Shown: positions 30,333-40,600 of the stretch, piece after piece
Position numbering within the stretch: position 1 is the stretch's first letter
Layout of the letters: every line of letters begins with the position of its first letter
Source of the DNA: Candidatus Hydrogenedentota bacterium
GTDB taxonomy: Bacteria > Hydrogenedentota > Hydrogenedentia > Hydrogenedentales > SLHB01
Direction of reading: 5' to 3'
Assembly (NCBI GenBank): GCA_045863335.1
Contig: BTVY01000020.1
Coordinates: 27,712-91,711 of the forward strand
Length of the DNA stretch: 64,000 bases
Position numbers and translations under genes: made by a program
Notes under the pieces: generated by a model
Told to the model about the DNA's origin: nothing
Seen by the model: the letters and a program-made list of their open reading frames with translations, nothing else
The model's database searches: none

Positions 30333-31595
30333 ATGGTTCGCGCGGGCATCGCGATGATTCCACTCCTGGTCATGCTCGCCCTCTTGGCCATGCCGGCATC
30401 AGCACAATCCGGCCGTGCACGGATCTCCCCCTCCCTGGTAACGCTCGCGCCCAGGGCCGAGCAGCCGTTCAAAGTTATCCTGATGGCCCAGCGGCTGAAC
30501 GGCGCCCGCCTGGCCGATGAAGTCCGCTGGTCCGTGAACAACATCGCGGGCGGCAACGAAGAACTTGGCACCATCACCGCCGAAGGAATCTACACCGCGC
30601 CGGCCGTCGCACCGGCGATACGCGAAATTCACATCTGCGCCGAAGCGCCGGAAGCGGCTAACCGCTACCTCTTTGCAACGGTGCTTATGGAAAGGGAAGG
30701 TCCCGCCTACGAATTCGTCAACACCTGGGGCGAGACGAAAGCCGAGGCCAAGTACTTCAACGATCCTCACTGTATCGTGGTCGATAGCGAAGGCAACCTG
30801 GTCATCGCCGACTACGGCGGCGACCGTGTGCTCCGCTTCACCCCCGAAGGCGAATACCTCGGCGACGTCGGCCTCGGACCGGGCGAAGGGCCGGGCCAGA
30901 CCAAGAAGCCCCGTGTGGTGGCCGTCGACGCCGCGGGCCGCATCTTTGTCACGGACGAGAAGAGCGACAAGCCGCGCGTGCAGGTCTTCGACCCGAGCGG
31001 CCAGTTCATCCAGATCTTCGCGCCCAAGGGCACGCGTCCCGGCGACATTCTCCGCGCTCACGGCATGGATTTCGACAGCAGTCAACGACTCTTCATCACC
31101 GACGTGGACAACATGCGGATCTCGGTCTTCAGCAGTTCCGGCGATTTTCTCTACACCTTCGGAAAGGACGGCGATGAAGTCTACGACTTCAACGCGCCCC
31201 ACGGCCTCGTCGTGGATCCGGCCGGCGAAGTCTTTGTCACGGGATACTACGGCCCCTGCAAGAAGTTCACGCCGGAAGGCCGCTACATCTTCTCCTTCGC
31301 CCACGGCAACCCACCCGACGGCCACGTCTACGTCCACAGCATGGCCGACGACCAATGGGGCAACGTCTACCTCATGGTCCGCGGCCAGCGCGGCTACGGC
31401 GGCGCCATGCAGGACAACGAAGGCAACACTATCAGCATCATGAAATACAACAACAACGGCGACTACATCACCGGCATCAGCCTCGCCGTCTCCGAACACA
31501 AAGAGAACTGGGCCACCGTCGACAAGAACGGCAAAGTCTACGCCCTCTTCGAATCCGACGACCGCTTCGGCGTACAAATCTACGAGCCGCGATAG
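30333..31595 (+). CDS. Secreted NHL-repeat beta-propeller protein with N-terminal Ig-like domain; start uncertain
   Basis: FNDPHCIVVDSEGNLVIAD, PRVVAVDAAGRIFVTD, FNAPHGLVVD repeats; GTITAEGIYTAP. Confidence 0.8.
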   Translation: MVRAGIAMIPLLVMLALLAMPASAQSGRARISPSLVTLAPRAEQPFKVILMAQRLNGARLADEVRWSVNNIAGGNEELGTITAEGIYTAPAVAPAIREIHICAEAPEAANRYLFATVLMEREGPAYEFVNTWGETKAEAKYFNDPHCIVVDSEGNLVIADYGGDRVLRFTPEGEYLGDVGLGPGEGPGQTKKPRVVAVDAAGRIFVTDEKSDKPRVQVFDPSGQFIQIFAPKGTRPGDILRAHGMDFDSSQRLFITDVDNMRISVFSSSGDFLYTFGKDGDEVYDFNAPHGLVVDPAGEVFVTGYYGPCKKFTPEGRYIFSFAHGNPPDGHVYVHSMADDQWGNVYLMVRGQRGYGGAMQDNEGNTISIMKYNNNGDYITGISLAVSEHKENWATVDKNGKVYALFESDDRFGVQIYEPR

Positions 31596-31721
31596 ACGGA
31601 GCCGTCCTCATGCAAGCGCGAGACAAACACCAAGCAAAGTCGACGCTATGGACTGCGAGGGCTCGCCCTCGCCATAACGGCGCGATCCCGTATGAAAGCC
31701 AAACACCCATAATCAACCCAG

Positions 31722-31849
31722 ACCGTCATCCCCGCGAAGGCGGGGACCCATCTTCACCCATAGCCATCCACCAACGAGGAACCATCATGGTTCAAACAGT
31801 TTCGTCCTCTCCCAAACCGTCATCCCCGCGAAAGCGGGGACCCATCTTC
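31722..31849 (+). repeat. Two 34-bp direct repeats with internal hairpin (dRS3-like)
   Basis: ACCGTCATCCCCGCGAARGCGGGGACCCATCTTC at 31722-31755 and 31816-31849, one mismatch. Confidence 0.85.
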
Positions 31850-31869
31850 TCTCAAGGGATCGAAGCATC

Positions 31870-33252
31870 ATGCCGACCAAATCCCTCAATGACCTGATCG
31901 CTGAGATCCTCGATCGCGGCGAACCCATAGACTACGAGTCCCTGCTCTCGTGGCCCAAACCGCCAGCCACATCGGATTCCTACGAGTCCGCACGGTCTGC
32001 GCTGGAAGCCTTCGATTCCGCCCAAAAGGAATGGGAGTCGACAGACGATGCTAACCGCACAAACGCCACAGAAAAACCAGCGCCAACCGTTGATACTGAT
32101 AGATTCCCACGTTGGTTCTGGTCGCTAAAACCCGATCGGATTTCACGTGGACTTCCTGGAGTCCCATTCATTGATAACGAGCTGGATTTGGCGCACGAAC
32201 TAAGCCCCGGCGACTGGTGTCTCGCCGAAACTTACGTGAAGCACTTCGCCGAACCGATTGAACGCTGTGTCACCGTGCAGTCACCAGTCGATTGGCGACA
32301 TGGTATTCGGCCGAAATGCTTCTCCGACGATGTGTCGATGTTTTACCAATCGTATTACGTCGTGAAGCTGCTTAGCCTTTCGGCGATATTTCACAGCCTC
32401 AATCGAACAAACACCGGCTGGACTACATATCTAACAAGTGCCGCCCACATCGGTAGTGCTTCAGCGAGCATCCATTTGTTGATGGGTCACGCAATACACG
32501 TAGGCTGTGCTCGACGACTCTTGGATACGGTCGCGTACATCCTGAATCGCGTACCCGTGTCGCCTGAGGCATTGACTCGACTTTTGTCAGTGCTCGAATA
32601 CTTTGATGACGAAGACGTGCTTAAGAATGCATTTGTCGGCGAACGAGTCTTTGCGCTCGCCGATTTTCGTACACACGTTTCAGAAGGCCAACAAGCCGAC
32701 AATTGGTGGCTCTGGTTGGACGAGCGCAAACAGATCGAACTCCATTACTATTTGGAGAATATGGCCGAACTAGTTGCGATTGCGCGACTGCCGCTACAAG
32801 AGCGATTCTCAATATGGTTGGATTACATTCAACGATCCATGAGACGGCCAAAGTCCAAGGAATTGCACAAGGCAATCAACGAGGCCGCGAAATCTGCGCT
32901 ACCACTCAATCTCAACACACTGACGCGGCTTCGGCTTATGAAAGTTGCGCTGCGCGCGATCAAAGACGGGCCCCGGTCACTCGCCAATGAAGGTTTTCTT
33001 CCTCAAGATCCATTCGATCCCGACGGAGCGCCTCTACGGTTCCGCCATTGCGGAGATCAATTCTTTGCGTATAGCGTCGGCGTCAACCAGGCCGACGATG
33101 GCGGCTCAACGGAGCAGCTCGATGAGTACGGCCCACTTTGGGGGCTGGTTCAACATCGATTCCTGACGAAAGACATACTTATCGCAGGCACACCGAGAAA
33201 CAACGGAACCGTTTCAATCGAGTGGCCGTGGGATGTCGCGATAGAGCAATAA
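31870..33252 (+). CDS. Hypothetical protein with pseudopilin-like C-terminal motif
   Basis: 460-aa ORF; LPQDPF...LRF...YSVGVNQADDGG resembles a GspG-type C-terminus; visibly more AT-rich than neighbours. Confidence 0.55.
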   Translation: MPTKSLNDLIAEILDRGEPIDYESLLSWPKPPATSDSYESARSALEAFDSAQKEWESTDDANRTNATEKPAPTVDTDRFPRWFWSLKPDRISRGLPGVPFIDNELDLAHELSPGDWCLAETYVKHFAEPIERCVTVQSPVDWRHGIRPKCFSDDVSMFYQSYYVVKLLSLSAIFHSLNRTNTGWTTYLTSAAHIGSASASIHLLMGHAIHVGCARRLLDTVAYILNRVPVSPEALTRLLSVLEYFDDEDVLKNAFVGERVFALADFRTHVSEGQQADNWWLWLDERKQIELHYYLENMAELVAIARLPLQERFSIWLDYIQRSMRRPKSKELHKAINEAAKSALPLNLNTLTRLRLMKVALRAIKDGPRSLANEGFLPQDPFDPDGAPLRFRHCGDQFFAYSVGVNQADDGGSTEQLDEYGPLWGLVQHRFLTKDILIAGTPRNNGTVSIEWPWDVAIEQ

Positions 33253-33394
33253 CAGGAGACTTCGTGCAAGTGGTCCTTCTGAACGCGTCGAAAGACCTCT
33301 AAACGGTTCTTGCGCAGGCCCTGATAAGATCCATCGCTGCGCTCTGGATGACGTTAGGGCATTCTGTCGACGTAACGGAAACGGAGGTTGAGAG

Positions 33395-34795
33395 ATGTTG
33401 AAGAGTTGTTTAGCCGGAATTCTGGCGATTATCCTGCTCCCGCTCGCCGCCCACGCCCAACACATCAAAGTCGAGAAAACCACCATTCCCTTCTTCTCCA
33501 TCGATGAAACCATCACCGCCGACCTCTTCCCCATTAATTTCCTGCTTGGCGACAGCAACTACCATTCCATGGTATCCGCGTCCGACGGCAACCTCTATTT
33601 CAGCGTGGACACCCATAACATCGAGTACGCCTGCCGCATCTACAAGTTCGATCCGCGCACGGAGGAGATGACGCTGGTCGCGAAGATGGACGAAGTCCTC
33701 GGCGAAGACACGGCGACCCACGTCGCGCAGGGCAAGATCCACACGCCCTTCTTCGAGGACGAAGGCAAGCTGTGGTTCGGCACCCACATCTCCTTCTATG
33801 AAGGTGACCTGCCTGGGTTCAAATCGGAAGTCCGCATCCCCTACCAGGGAGGCCACTTCATGTCGTATGACCTGAAGACCGGCGCCTTTGAAGACCTGGC
33901 GAAGACCTTCCCCGGCGAAGGCATCATCACCACCGCCATGGACACGGAGCGCGACGTGCTCTACGGATTGACCTGGCCGTCGGGCATTCTCGTTTCCTAC
34001 GATCGCGCGGAGGGTCATCCACGTTTCTGGGGCGCGGTGCAAGACCGCGGCGAATGGGGGCAACGTCCCCACGAATGGGATCGCATCTGCCGCACCCTCG
34101 GCATTGCGCCCGACGGCAAGGTCTACGGGTCCACCATGGACGGCCGTATCTGGGAGTACGACCCCACCGCCACGCGCCGCGTGACGTATATCGACGGACT
34201 CGACCTGAAACGCCTGCCGCTATCGCAGTCCGCCGAGGAAACACTTAAAGGCGAGTTCCAGTACAACTGGCGCGTCGTTGAGTGGAATCCCAAGACGGAG
34301 AGCTTCTGGGGCATCCAGTGGGAGACGACCACGCTCTTCGAGTTCCAGCCGGCCACCCGCTACCTGCGTACCGTGGCCGAACTGCGCCACGACGCGTACA
34401 AAGGCATGCCGCGCAACCCCGAGATCAGCCAGCTCGGGTTCTTGCTAGGGCCGCAAGACACCATTTTCTATCTCGCGAACGGTCCCGCGGTCGCCATGGA
34501 AAACCACCCCGATGTGCAATCGACGGTGTATCTCTTCACCTTCGACACGGAATCGGAGCAGATGACCAATCATGGACCGCTGATCTCCGCCGACGGCCGG
34601 CGCGTCTTTTTCACGGAAAGCCTCTGCATCGGCGCGGACGATCGCCTGTATTCCGTGGCCTGGGTGGAAGTCACCGATCCTGCGCGCCGCGAAGAAATCG
34701 GACAGGCCCGAAAGACCGGCCCCGTGGAAACGGAAAAGATGGTCTACGAAGTCATGCTCGTGCGCTTGCCGAAATGGCGGAAGTTCGTTGATTAG
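33395..34795 (+). CDS. Secreted beta-propeller hypothetical protein
   Basis: GGAGG RBS, signal peptide; ASDGNLYF, QGKIH, APDGKVYG blade motifs. Confidence 0.7.
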   Translation: MLKSCLAGILAIILLPLAAHAQHIKVEKTTIPFFSIDETITADLFPINFLLGDSNYHSMVSASDGNLYFSVDTHNIEYACRIYKFDPRTEEMTLVAKMDEVLGEDTATHVAQGKIHTPFFEDEGKLWFGTHISFYEGDLPGFKSEVRIPYQGGHFMSYDLKTGAFEDLAKTFPGEGIITTAMDTERDVLYGLTWPSGILVSYDRAEGHPRFWGAVQDRGEWGQRPHEWDRICRTLGIAPDGKVYGSTMDGRIWEYDPTATRRVTYIDGLDLKRLPLSQSAEETLKGEFQYNWRVVEWNPKTESFWGIQWETTTLFEFQPATRYLRTVAELRHDAYKGMPRNPEISQLGFLLGPQDTIFYLANGPAVAMENHPDVQSTVYLFTFDTESEQMTNHGPLISADGRRVFFTESLCIGADDRLYSVAWVEVTDPARREEIGQARKTGPVETEKMVYEVMLVRLPKWRKFVD

Positions 34796-34851
34796 CGATA
34801 AACCACCCGCGCATTTGGAGACGTCCTTCAACATAACGGCGTAACGATAGC

Positions 34852-35014
34852 AAGAACATCCCCCTCGCCCCCTTCAAAGGGGGAATGTTCGCAACGCGTA
34901 GCGTTGCGCTTGTTTGGCCAATTGACATGACGTCAACGCGTGCGACGCCGTGTTGTAAAGAACGTTGCGTCGCGCAATTCCCTCTTTGAAGGGGGATTCA
35001 AGGGGGATGTTCTT
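34852..35014. repeat. REPIN/MITE-like element, CCCCCT...AAGGGGG family, copy 2
   Basis: AAGAACATCCCCC...TTCAAAGGGGGAAT and its inverse; internal CGCAACGCGTAGCGTTGCG as in 20358-20514. Confidence 0.8.
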
Positions 35015-35063
35015 CCGTTTCGCTGGACAAACGGCGTACTACAGTTCTTACCTCGGCGTGCGT

Positions 35064-37088
35064 TCACTCCGTAGCGAGTCGCAAGTACTCCGCATAAAGC
35101 GAGGCCATGTCAGGTTCGTCTTCACCGGTCGCGCGGAAGATGTACACGCCAAACCCAAGTCGCAACGCCTCGCCCGCTTCAACCCGGGTCTGGTCCGATT
35201 CAACACCCGCGTTATCCGGTCCCGTCATCGCCTTTCGTCCAAACGGATTCGCCACGATCAACCCGTAGTCCCGCGAATGAAACCACGACGGCCGAAAATT
35301 GCCGGGGTCGGTCATGACGCACATCCCCGTCCACGCGCCGCCGATACGAGCGAATCCCGCGCACCAATCCGCACTTTTGCCCCAGGTACCTGCTTCGTTC
35401 CGGCCGTCTTCGCTATTCATGAGGACACCGCCGCCATGACGCACGCTGATCGGCGTCGCCACACGCACGCCAAATCCCATCTCTTCCTGATCGCCGAACG
35501 CAAACGCTCCGCTCGCTGGCATGAACGTAGACTGCGCGGTGAGCAAATACCCCAGCGGCGTCACGTGAAACGCGTACTCACAACGCTCTTCGCACACGAC
35601 ATCCCCGTCGTTCGACTCATACACATTCCGCACGGCGAAGCGCCCAACTCCATTGTCACTATCCGGCCCTTCAAGAAACTCCACATGGCGCACCCGCGCG
35701 CGGTTGCGCCAGAAGTCCTGCCCACTGATATCGCCGAAGGCCAGCCAAACGCCGGGATGGAACTCCGGGTGATCGTCATTGTCCGCATCCGCCACCAGGT
35801 CCGGCGGATGGTTGCGCGTAACCTGCATGCCATTCGGCGCGACGACATTGCAGAAGTACGGCCGCGGGATCGCCTCGTCCTGCCAGACGTAGGTCGCCAC
35901 GCGCGCGCCGTCCACCAGGATCTCCATGCGTCCCTCGTGCATGGCAAACGACACTGTGTCCGGCCCTGCCGAAGCATAGCGCGCCACCCACTCAGCGGTG
36001 CGCTCCAGGTAATACTCCGGCTCACGCGGCGCGTAATCGAGGTACGTGTATGTCGGAGTCGTCTTGGGAACGGCCGGTTCAATCTGCGTGCCCTCGTGCC
36101 ATTCGTTAAACGAAGTAATCGATACGTACGGCGGATCGACGGCCAGCGCCGCCTCCCACATGCGATCGTAATACGCGCCCTCTTCACGATCCCGCTGGTT
36201 GACCGTGTTCCAGGGCCGAATCCGCGTGTCGTCGTATCCTGGCGCGACGCTCGGGACAAACAGAAGCTGGTGTTCGTCGGCAAAGGCCTTCATCGCGGGC
36301 CAGTTCGCAGTCGTCGAACCGTACGTAAACCCGTCCGACGCGAAGTACGTGTAGAACCCGTCAAATCCCGCCTTAACAAGCGCCTCGTCATCGTGCTCCT
36401 TCACGTACAATCCGATGAACACCCCGTCGTATTTCGTGCCGCGCAAGGTCCGGCTACCATCCGGCGCAAAGAGGCTCGCCCAGTCCGCCGGTTTAACAAG
36501 GTACGAATCGTAGAAGTAAAACAGCGGCTTGTTATCCCGCGCGGCATCCCGATAAAACGCGGGATGCTCGCCATAACGATCGATTAGATAGACAATCGCA
36601 TCGCGAAATGGCTCCGCGCGCGCGCCGTCCCGACCCGCAATCGGTTCCAGATGAAACGCGACTTTCAATCCGTGCACTTCCGCCACGTCCAACAACTGCG
36701 GCACCACCTCATCCGTGAAGTCCCCCGGACCCCACCACGACGTCGCCAGCACGCCTACGCCCGCGCGCTGCAATTGCGTCATGTGTTCCACCAGATCTTC
36801 CCGTGACCGCGAACTGTACAGCCCCATCGCCGGATAAAAATTCGCCCCGATCTGTTCCGGCGGCTCATAGCTGAACGGTTCCCCCTCCCGAACCGAAACC
36901 GCATGATTCCAATGGCTCCAGTTTCCATCCGTCTCCGGATTCTGGTACCACGGATAGTAAAACGCATGCACGCGACTAAACGTTTCCGCTGCCGAATCCG
37001 AAACTTCGGCAGCGGCCGGGTGAGTCGCGATACCCGCGATCAGCAGAAACAAGGTCAAGCAATGAGCGCGTACGAGATTTCGGAACAT
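35064..37088 (-). CDS. GH99 endo-alpha-mannosidase/mannanase fused to a DUF6807 ('PmoA-family') domain
   Basis: VHAFYYPWY, GFDGFYTYFAS, SITSFNEWHEGTQIEPA (both catalytic Glu); C-terminal RPYF...DHPEFHPGVW...WFHSRDYGLIVANPFG. Confidence 0.85.
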   Translation of the reverse strand: MFRNLVRAHCLTLFLLIAGIATHPAAAEVSDSAAETFSRVHAFYYPWYQNPETDGNWSHWNHAVSVREGEPFSYEPPEQIGANFYPAMGLYSSRSREDLVEHMTQLQRAGVGVLATSWWGPGDFTDEVVPQLLDVAEVHGLKVAFHLEPIAGRDGARAEPFRDAIVYLIDRYGEHPAFYRDAARDNKPLFYFYDSYLVKPADWASLFAPDGSRTLRGTKYDGVFIGLYVKEHDDEALVKAGFDGFYTYFASDGFTYGSTTANWPAMKAFADEHQLLFVPSVAPGYDDTRIRPWNTVNQRDREEGAYYDRMWEAALAVDPPYVSITSFNEWHEGTQIEPAVPKTTPTYTYLDYAPREPEYYLERTAEWVARYASAGPDTVSFAMHEGRMEILVDGARVATYVWQDEAIPRPYFCNVVAPNGMQVTRNHPPDLVADADNDDHPEFHPGVWLAFGDISGQDFWRNRARVRHVEFLEGPDSDNGVGRFAVRNVYESNDGDVVCEERCEYAFHVTPLGYLLTAQSTFMPASGAFAFGDQEEMGFGVRVATPISVRHGGGVLMNSEDGRNEAGTWGKSADWCAGFARIGGAWTGMCVMTDPGNFRPSWFHSRDYGLIVANPFGRKAMTGPDNAGVESDQTRVEAGEALRLGFGVYIFRATGEDEPDMASLYAEYLRLATE

Positions 37089-37297
37089 GTACCAGTCTCC
37101 CCAATCAAATTTCTGATGAACGCAGACAATGCACGCGATTATATCAACGACCGGCAGATGCGCGTAGCCCATCGCCACGTCGTCGCCGTGGCAAGCAAAT
37201 TCGAAGCGCGAATTCCGAAACAAATTCCAGATCCCAAAAGCCGAAACGAAGAGCGCGTTTGAAAAGTAGCGATCACCCGGTCTATCAGACGTGCGGC

Positions 37298-37380
37298 GAA
37301 TGTAGCGCAGGCGTCTCCGCCTGCAAAACCTGAGATCGCGCTAAGAAAAGAATGCAGGCGAGGACGCCTGCGCTACATTC
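37298..37380. repeat. Inverted GTAG-type REP doublet
   Basis: GAATGTAGCGCAGGCGTCTCCGCCTGCA and near-identical reverse complement ending 37380. Confidence 0.8.
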
Positions 37381-37454
37381 ACTAAGCATTGCGCGAATCT
37401 ACTTCCGACGCCCAAAGACCAAAAGCGAATCCGCTGGTATCGGACGTTACTTGC

Positions 37455-37575
37455 GCAGCCCCGAATGGGGCGACTCGAATGTAGTCACGCCGCAGGCGTG
37501 ATGGAGCGAGGCACGAGCGGAACCCTGGGTCACGCCGCCGCCCCTCCTCCCAGCCCCCGAAGGGGGGCGACAGAA
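37455..37575 (+). repeat. ~120-bp multi-hairpin element (AGCCCC...GGGGCGA family), copy 1
   Basis: First 30 nt match the reverse complement of 58518-58547 with one mismatch; GGAGCGAGGCACGAGCGGAACCC shared. Confidence 0.8.
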
Positions 37576-37637
37576 ATTGCGCGCGCCCGGCAGCCCTCAA
37601 TAGACTGCCGGGCGCTTTACACTCATCGCTTCGACGA

Positions 37638-40600
37638 TTACCGCCCTGGCGGCGTCGCGGTCAGAATCTTCGCACCACGCTCTTCGTCCAAGACCAGGAT
37701 CGCAAACTTCCGTACCATGCCCACGTCCAGCGTACTCGATGACGCGTAATCGAATCGTCCGCGCAGATCCGTATACCCGTCCTTGTAAAACACGGACCCG
37801 CCGTTTTCCATATCCGCGAAAACCTTCACGTACACCTTCGGCCTCGGCTCATTGGTCTTCTTGTCCACCACGTGAACCTGTCCATAGGTTTCGATGAGCT
37901 GCGCGATCAGGCTGCTCGCAAATCGGATGCTCGTGCGATTGATCCCCGCGGCCTCCGCCTGGATGACCACGTGCCGGTCCGCGAACGCATCCGGCAACGG
38001 GATCGTGCGTTGCGATTCGTTCGGGTCGAATTGCACCGTCTGCTCTTCCGCGGGTTTCACCCCCGCAAAGAGGCTCGACTGCGCCGGCGCAAAGGGATTG
38101 CGGGTGAACAGCATCTCCACATCAATGGGATAGAAGCTGAGCCGGCACGATTCGAGGTTCATATGATGGAGCACGATAACATCGTCCTTCACTTCCAATT
38201 CCAACCGAGGCGCCTCCGCCGCCAGTTGGTCCTGCGCCATACGGTTAGTACCGTCTACCCCAACACCTTCGCCACCGGTGATCGCCGCGACCTGCGTGCG
38301 CACCTCGCCGAAAAGGTCCCTCCAGCGCTCCACGGGATACTCCTTGTACTGCCCGGCAATTCGCGCCGCCCTGTCGGGGTCTTCCTCGTAGAGCGCCAGA
38401 TACGCTGCAAAGTAGTCGTGCTGAACCCGGGTCTCCAGCTTGTCCGCCTGCACCCGATCGAAGAACCGCAATGCGTCCGCGACGCGGTCCTGGAGTAGCA
38501 TGTAGTACGTCACTGCCATCAAGTCCTCGTCGTCCAACGTAGCCCGGTGGGCCAGGATGTTCATCAGCGAAGCAAACTGGACCCGGAACTGCTCGTTGGT
38601 GATCGACCACTTGTTGTCCAGATCGTGCGCTCGCGGATTGATCAATGGCGCGTATTCGACGTGTTGATACGCCTTGCGTTCGACTGGGTCGATGGTAAGC
38701 AGTGGACTTTCCAGACTCGGCCCGCTCGCCGCTACGAAGTCGTCGCGATACTGCATGTATGTCTCGATACCTTCCGAATCGTTGTGGTACACCGCGAACG
38801 CCCACAGAACCGGCTGATACACATGCCGCTGCCGGATCAACGCCAGGGCCTCTTCATAGAACTCCCGGTCGCGCATGCGCCAGGCAATCGATGACAGCTC
38901 GATTCGGTTCAGGTTGTGCGTGCGCAAGAACTCGAGAACCTCTTCCGAAGTACCCTGTTGCGACACGTACTGCCAAGAGGTCGTGTCAACGGTGCTCGGT
39001 TCTTCCACCACACGCATCGCGTGCGGCTCCGCAAAGGCCAAGAGCGCGCCTTCCTCGCTGACGTGCACGGGGTAGTGGCTGAATTCCCCCGGCTCCGGGA
39101 AGTAGAAGTGGTATTCAATCGTGGCGGTACTGTACGGCTCGAGCCGCATCCGCTCGCTCTTTGTGTAACGACCGCCGGCGACGGGGATGGACCCTTCCGG
39201 TACCTGGCGTAACAACTCAATGTTGTGCGGTGTCGAGGTCGGATTGGTCACGGTCACCTGGCAACCGTACACAACGCCGCTTAGAAACTCGTCCGTCACG
39301 AACTTGTCAAATCGTTGGTTTCCCTCGTGCCGGTACTGGTCATCGAGCCGGAAGAAGTTCTGACTGACCAGAACAGGTGTATCCGCGCTTGTCCCTTCCG
39401 CCGGCTCGATGTCCTTATAGAAGGCCACCAGCGGACTTGCCGCCTTGACCGCATAATGCGTGTCTCCCGAAGCTGTCTCGTGCGCGGATCCCTCGAATGG
39501 CAAGTCGAGCACGGCAAGTGCCAAGAGTATCTCCGTGAAACTGTTCGCTGCCTCGGCCAGATGCTCTGATCGGAACGGCTGGCCCTCTTCGCGTTGGACA
39601 AAGTCCAGCCAGAACGCGCTAACGGGGATCAAACCCGCGGATTGCTGGTGTATCGGCAGTTTGAAATAGTTGTTCTCCACCCACTCGCGCGTCGTTTCCT
39701 GAGCCCGGTACAACGCCCGATAGCGATTGACCGCCTCCTCGTCGAAATCGGCGATGACATTCAGCCGCGTGCGTTGTTCCACGAATCCGAGTGAATCGAG
39801 TTCGTCCGCGGGTCCGTCGTATGTCTGGGTCAGGTCGTGGACTTCCATTCCGGCTATAGCAGGTTCACCGGCGCCTCCTTGACGACCGCCGAACGCGCCG
39901 CCACCGCCCGCGCTCAACTGATCTCCGTCTGCTTTGGAAAAGAACGGTATCGATTGCTGAATCCCGTTTCCATCCACGTCGTAGGCCCGGTCCGCAAAAT
40001 AATTCTCGCGTACCCGAATCTCACCGCCTACTTGTACGTTCTGCAGACTGCCCCCGCTTCCTCCCGCCAACGCTCCGCCGTACAGCGCCGTCATGAACAG
40101 CGCGTTGAACCACTCCGGATTCGGCGGGATCATATCGAACGCATCCTGCACGTATCGTTGCGTATGCGGACCTTCGTCAGAAACGCGCTGCGCCAGCAGA
40201 ATCTTCTCGACCAGGTTTAACTGGCCGTACTGCCAAGGCTGCAAGTACTCGGAAAGATCGTCGCCCAGGAGCCAATGGTCCAGGAACGTCTTCGCGGCCT
40301 TGTTATCCAGGAATGACCGCACCGTCGCGTCAAAGAACGCCTTGTCTTTGTGATAGAGAAAGAAGTTCAGTTCGTGCGACGCGTACTTCGAGAACTGCTC
40401 CCGTTTCTCATCCGGCGTCAGTTCCGACCAACGCGTCACGAACTGAAACTCGCGAAGTTTGGGATCGCCATGCAGGGTTAGATACAGCGCGTACACCGCT
40501 GGTATTGAATCGTACGTTTGGACTTGGGCTTCCCCCGTCAAGCTCACCTGCAAGGTCTCGCCGCCTTCCAGCACGCGGACACGCTTCTTCTCCACGTAAT

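Noticed and set aside
35064-35960. Particulate methane monooxygenase PmoA
   Set aside because: Soluble domain with no TM helices and no pmoB/pmoC; the family name is a misleading annotation
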